A stretch of DNA of 64,000 nucleotides from Thermoguttaceae bacterium (lineage in GTDB: Bacteria; Planctomycetota; Planctomycetia; Pirellulales; Thermoguttaceae): NCBI GenBank assembly GCA_045641205.1, contig JAZUGM010000392.1:2577-66576 (forward strand). The letters are read 5' to 3'. The translations under genes were made by a program, and so were the position numbers. This document shows, one piece after another, positions 61,945-64,000 of this stretch (positions are counted from its first letter, which is position 1; the number at the start of each line of letters is the position of its first letter). The notes beneath the pieces are model-generated. The model was not told the origin of the DNA, searched no databases, and worked only from the letters and a program-made list of their open reading frames with translations.

Positions 61945-64000
61945 ATGAGCGTCAAGCGGTTTGGTCCTTTTGTTTTAGAGCGTCTTATCGGGCGCGGCGG
62001 AATGGGCGCCGTCTATCGAGCGCGCCACGAAAAGACGGGACAAATCGTCGCGCTCAAAGCGCTTCTAATTCCGATCGCGCAAGAACGCGAACGTTTTGAA
62101 GCGGAAATTTCGACTTTAAAATTACTGCGGCACGACAACATAGTCAAATTATACGGTTACGGACAAGAAGACGGCGTTCTATATTACGCAATGGAATACG
62201 TCGACGGTCCGAGTCTTTCGACGTTGCTCAAACGCGGACGACGATTTACTTGGGAAGAAGTCGCGTATATTGGAACTTCCGTCTGTCGTGCGTTGAAACA
62301 CGCGCACGACAGGGGCGTCGTGCATCGCGACATTAAGCCGGCGAATATTCTATTGTTGGACGACGGAGTCGTCAAAGTTTCCGATTACGGCATCGCGCAA
62401 TATTTCGGCGCGTCGAGGCTTACAAGCGCCAATCAGGTCGTCGGAACGATCGAGTATATGGCGCCCGAACAGGCTCAAGCGGGCGCGTTGACGCCTCGCG
62501 CCGACATTTATTCCCTTGGCGCGTTGATGTACGCGCTCCTTACGGGCAAGCCGCCTTACGTCGCGCGTTCCTTGCCCGAATTGCTCCAAAAATATAAGCA
62601 AGGTCTGCCCGACCCGATAAGGGCGGCTCGCCCGGAAACGCCGCAGGTCGTCGACGCGGTTCTCTTCGACTTGTTGCAGATTCAGCCGGAAAATCGACCG
62701 GGCGACGCGCGTCTCATAGGGCGTCGTCTCGAAGGTCTGCTCCGAACGTCGCGCGTCTGTCCGCACGGAAATCCGTTTCTCCATCAGCGTTTTTCGTTGG
62801 AAGAACGCGTTTCGGAACCGATCTCCTCTTCGCGTGTCGACCTTGAAAATCCAAGCGTCTCCAACGTCGAAATTGAAGATTCGGAAGAACGATCGCCCGA
62901 TTTTCCTTATCGAGCGATCTCCGACGAACAAGGCGAAGCGTTTGATTTTCGCTCGCCTTTCGACAAAACGACCGAACAAGCCCAAGTGAACGACGACGCC
63001 TTTTCGTTCAAAGATTCAAACGCGTCGCTTGCATACGGCTCGTCCGACGCGACGTCGGTCGTCGAATCCAAGCGGGACGTTTCTAGTCTCGCTTTGTTGC
63101 GCGACGTAATCAGGGAAGACGGCGAAAAGTCGCGATTGCTCGATCCTTCTTTTGAAATCGACGCCAAGTCCTCGTCTCCTGCGAGCGTCGACGAAACGAT
63201 CGCCTCAAGTTCAACTCCTCTTTCATACGCGCAAAAGAACGCAAACGCTAAAATCGCGGCGCGCCGTAAAGCGACGACGGAGGCGGAAACGTTCGTCGAC
63301 TCCAGGTTCGTCGAATCCACGCCCCTTCATAAAGAATCCAAAAGCGTCGAAAATCGTAGCGCGTCCTTCGTTTCAACTTCAAACGCGCGCGCAACGGAAG
63401 AGACGGATTCAAGCGAAGTTCAAGCGATTCCCATTGAAAATTTTAAAAAATCGCGATTTACGGTCGTCGACGAAGAGGAACTTGGCGAATTGCCGACTTC
63501 GGAAACGCGTCGCGCGTCTCTCTACGCGCAATTTCGCGTTATTGGACTCGGCGTCGTTCTCGCGTTGACGATTATGTTGTTAGTCAACGCGCTCCGCGCT
63601 CCCTCCGCCGACGCGTTGTATCTCAAAATCGACGACGTGATGAATCATAGTTCGAACAAAGATTTTCAATCGTCCTTGCGTCGCGTGTCTAAGGACGCGA
63701 AAACCTTTCTCGACCTCTATCCAAACGATCGGCGTTCGACAAAGTTGCGTTTTTTTATGTGCGAACTGGAAATCGACGAACTAGAACAACGCCTAGAACG
63801 ATTAGCGCAAACGCACGGACGAGACGAATCGGCGCAACCGCTGGAACGCGTCTACTTGGACGCAAGGCGCGTTTCGTTGGAAGACTGGGATCGCGGCGAA
63901 AAAAAATTGCGCGCCTTCGTTGATTTCTTTGGAACCGACTCGACCGATCTTGAAATTGAAGACGAATCGTTCGAATCGATTCTCGAATTAGACGTCGTTA
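61945..64000 (+). CDS. membrane-spanning Ser/Thr protein kinase (Hanks-type); 3' end beyond the window
   Basis: Absent from the ORF track (no stop in window). Hand translation from ATG 61945 (GGAGTG upstream) gives LIGRGGMGAVYRARH..VALK, HRDIKPANILL, DYGIA and GTIEYMAPEQ. A long Ser-rich linker follows, then the TM helix FRVIGLGVVLALTIMLLV and an extracytoplasmic helical domain. Confidence 0.9.
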   Translation, partial: MSVKRFGPFVLERLIGRGGMGAVYRARHEKTGQIVALKALLIPIAQERERFEAEISTLKLLRHDNIVKLYGYGQEDGVLYYAMEYVDGPSLSTLLKRGRRFTWEEVAYIGTSVCRALKHAHDRGVVHRDIKPANILLLDDGVVKVSDYGIAQYFGASRLTSANQVVGTIEYMAPEQAQAGALTPRADIYSLGALMYALLTGKPPYVARSLPELLQKYKQGLPDPIRAARPETPQVVDAVLFDLLQIQPENRPGDARLIGRRLEGLLRTSRVCPHGNPFLHQRFSLEERVSEPISSSRVDLENPSVSNVEIEDSEERSPDFPYRAISDEQGEAFDFRSPFDKTTEQAQVNDDAFSFKDSNASLAYGSSDATSVVESKRDVSSLALLRDVIREDGEKSRLLDPSFEIDAKSSSPASVDETIASSSTPLSYAQKNANAKIAARRKATTEAETFVDSRFVESTPLHKESKSVENRSASFVSTSNARATEETDSSEVQAIPIENFKKSRFTVVDEEELGELPTSETRRASLYAQFRVIGLGVVLALTIMLLVNALRAPSADALYLKIDDVMNHSSNKDFQSSLRRVSKDAKTFLDLYPNDRRSTKLRFFMCELEIDELEQRLERLAQTHGRDESAQPLERVYLDARRVSLEDWDRGEKKLRAFVDFFGTDSTDLEIEDESFESILELDVV

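Overview
This is a 64-kb chromosomal window of moderate GC content with a very strong NCG/CGN codon habit. That habit creates many long Arg-rich antisense shadow ORFs.

The source is most likely a member of Planctomycetota. Supporting features are a TIGR03000-type C-terminal domain, PSCyt-like CXXCH tails, an HzsA-like propeller-cytochrome, many secreted glycoside hydrolases and a very long primary sigma factor.

I can support about 50 protein-coding genes. I found no rRNA, tRNA, CRISPR array or intact IS element.

Two large genes run off the window edges and are missing from the supplied ORF track. I recovered both by hand translation:
- an alpha-2-macroglobulin-family gene (1-4426, minus strand);
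- a membrane Ser/Thr kinase (61945-64000, plus strand).

Gene content by category:
- Housekeeping: cysteine desulfurase, xylB, pgi, trpS, apgM, rnpA-yidD, queC, cmk, tadA, a ymdB-like phosphoesterase, a Xer-type recombinase and an rpoD-like sigma factor.
- Carbohydrate-active: GH2, GH16, GH43, GT4, a TIM-barrel sugar isomerase and a GH-like secreted protein.
- Accessory: a DUF3791-DUF3990-DUF3791 cassette. An AT-rich two-gene cassette sits next to an MmeI-like type IIL RM enzyme and a DUF1016 nuclease. There is an Rpn-family nuclease with an expanded heptad repeat and a duplicated 3' fragment. An XRE regulator sits behind four tandem palindrome-bearing repeats. There is also a stand-alone EndoU-like protein.

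The most unusual locus is 31.2-39.5 kb. It starts with a PilM-PilN fusion (GspL-like architecture), followed by two very large single-pass membrane proteins. All three carry multiple GroEL-tail-like Gly-Gly-Met low-complexity tracts. No pilus ATPase, platform, secretin or pilin gene is visible anywhere in the window.

All functional calls rest on motif recognition by eye. Coordinates of small sites may be off by 1-2 nt.
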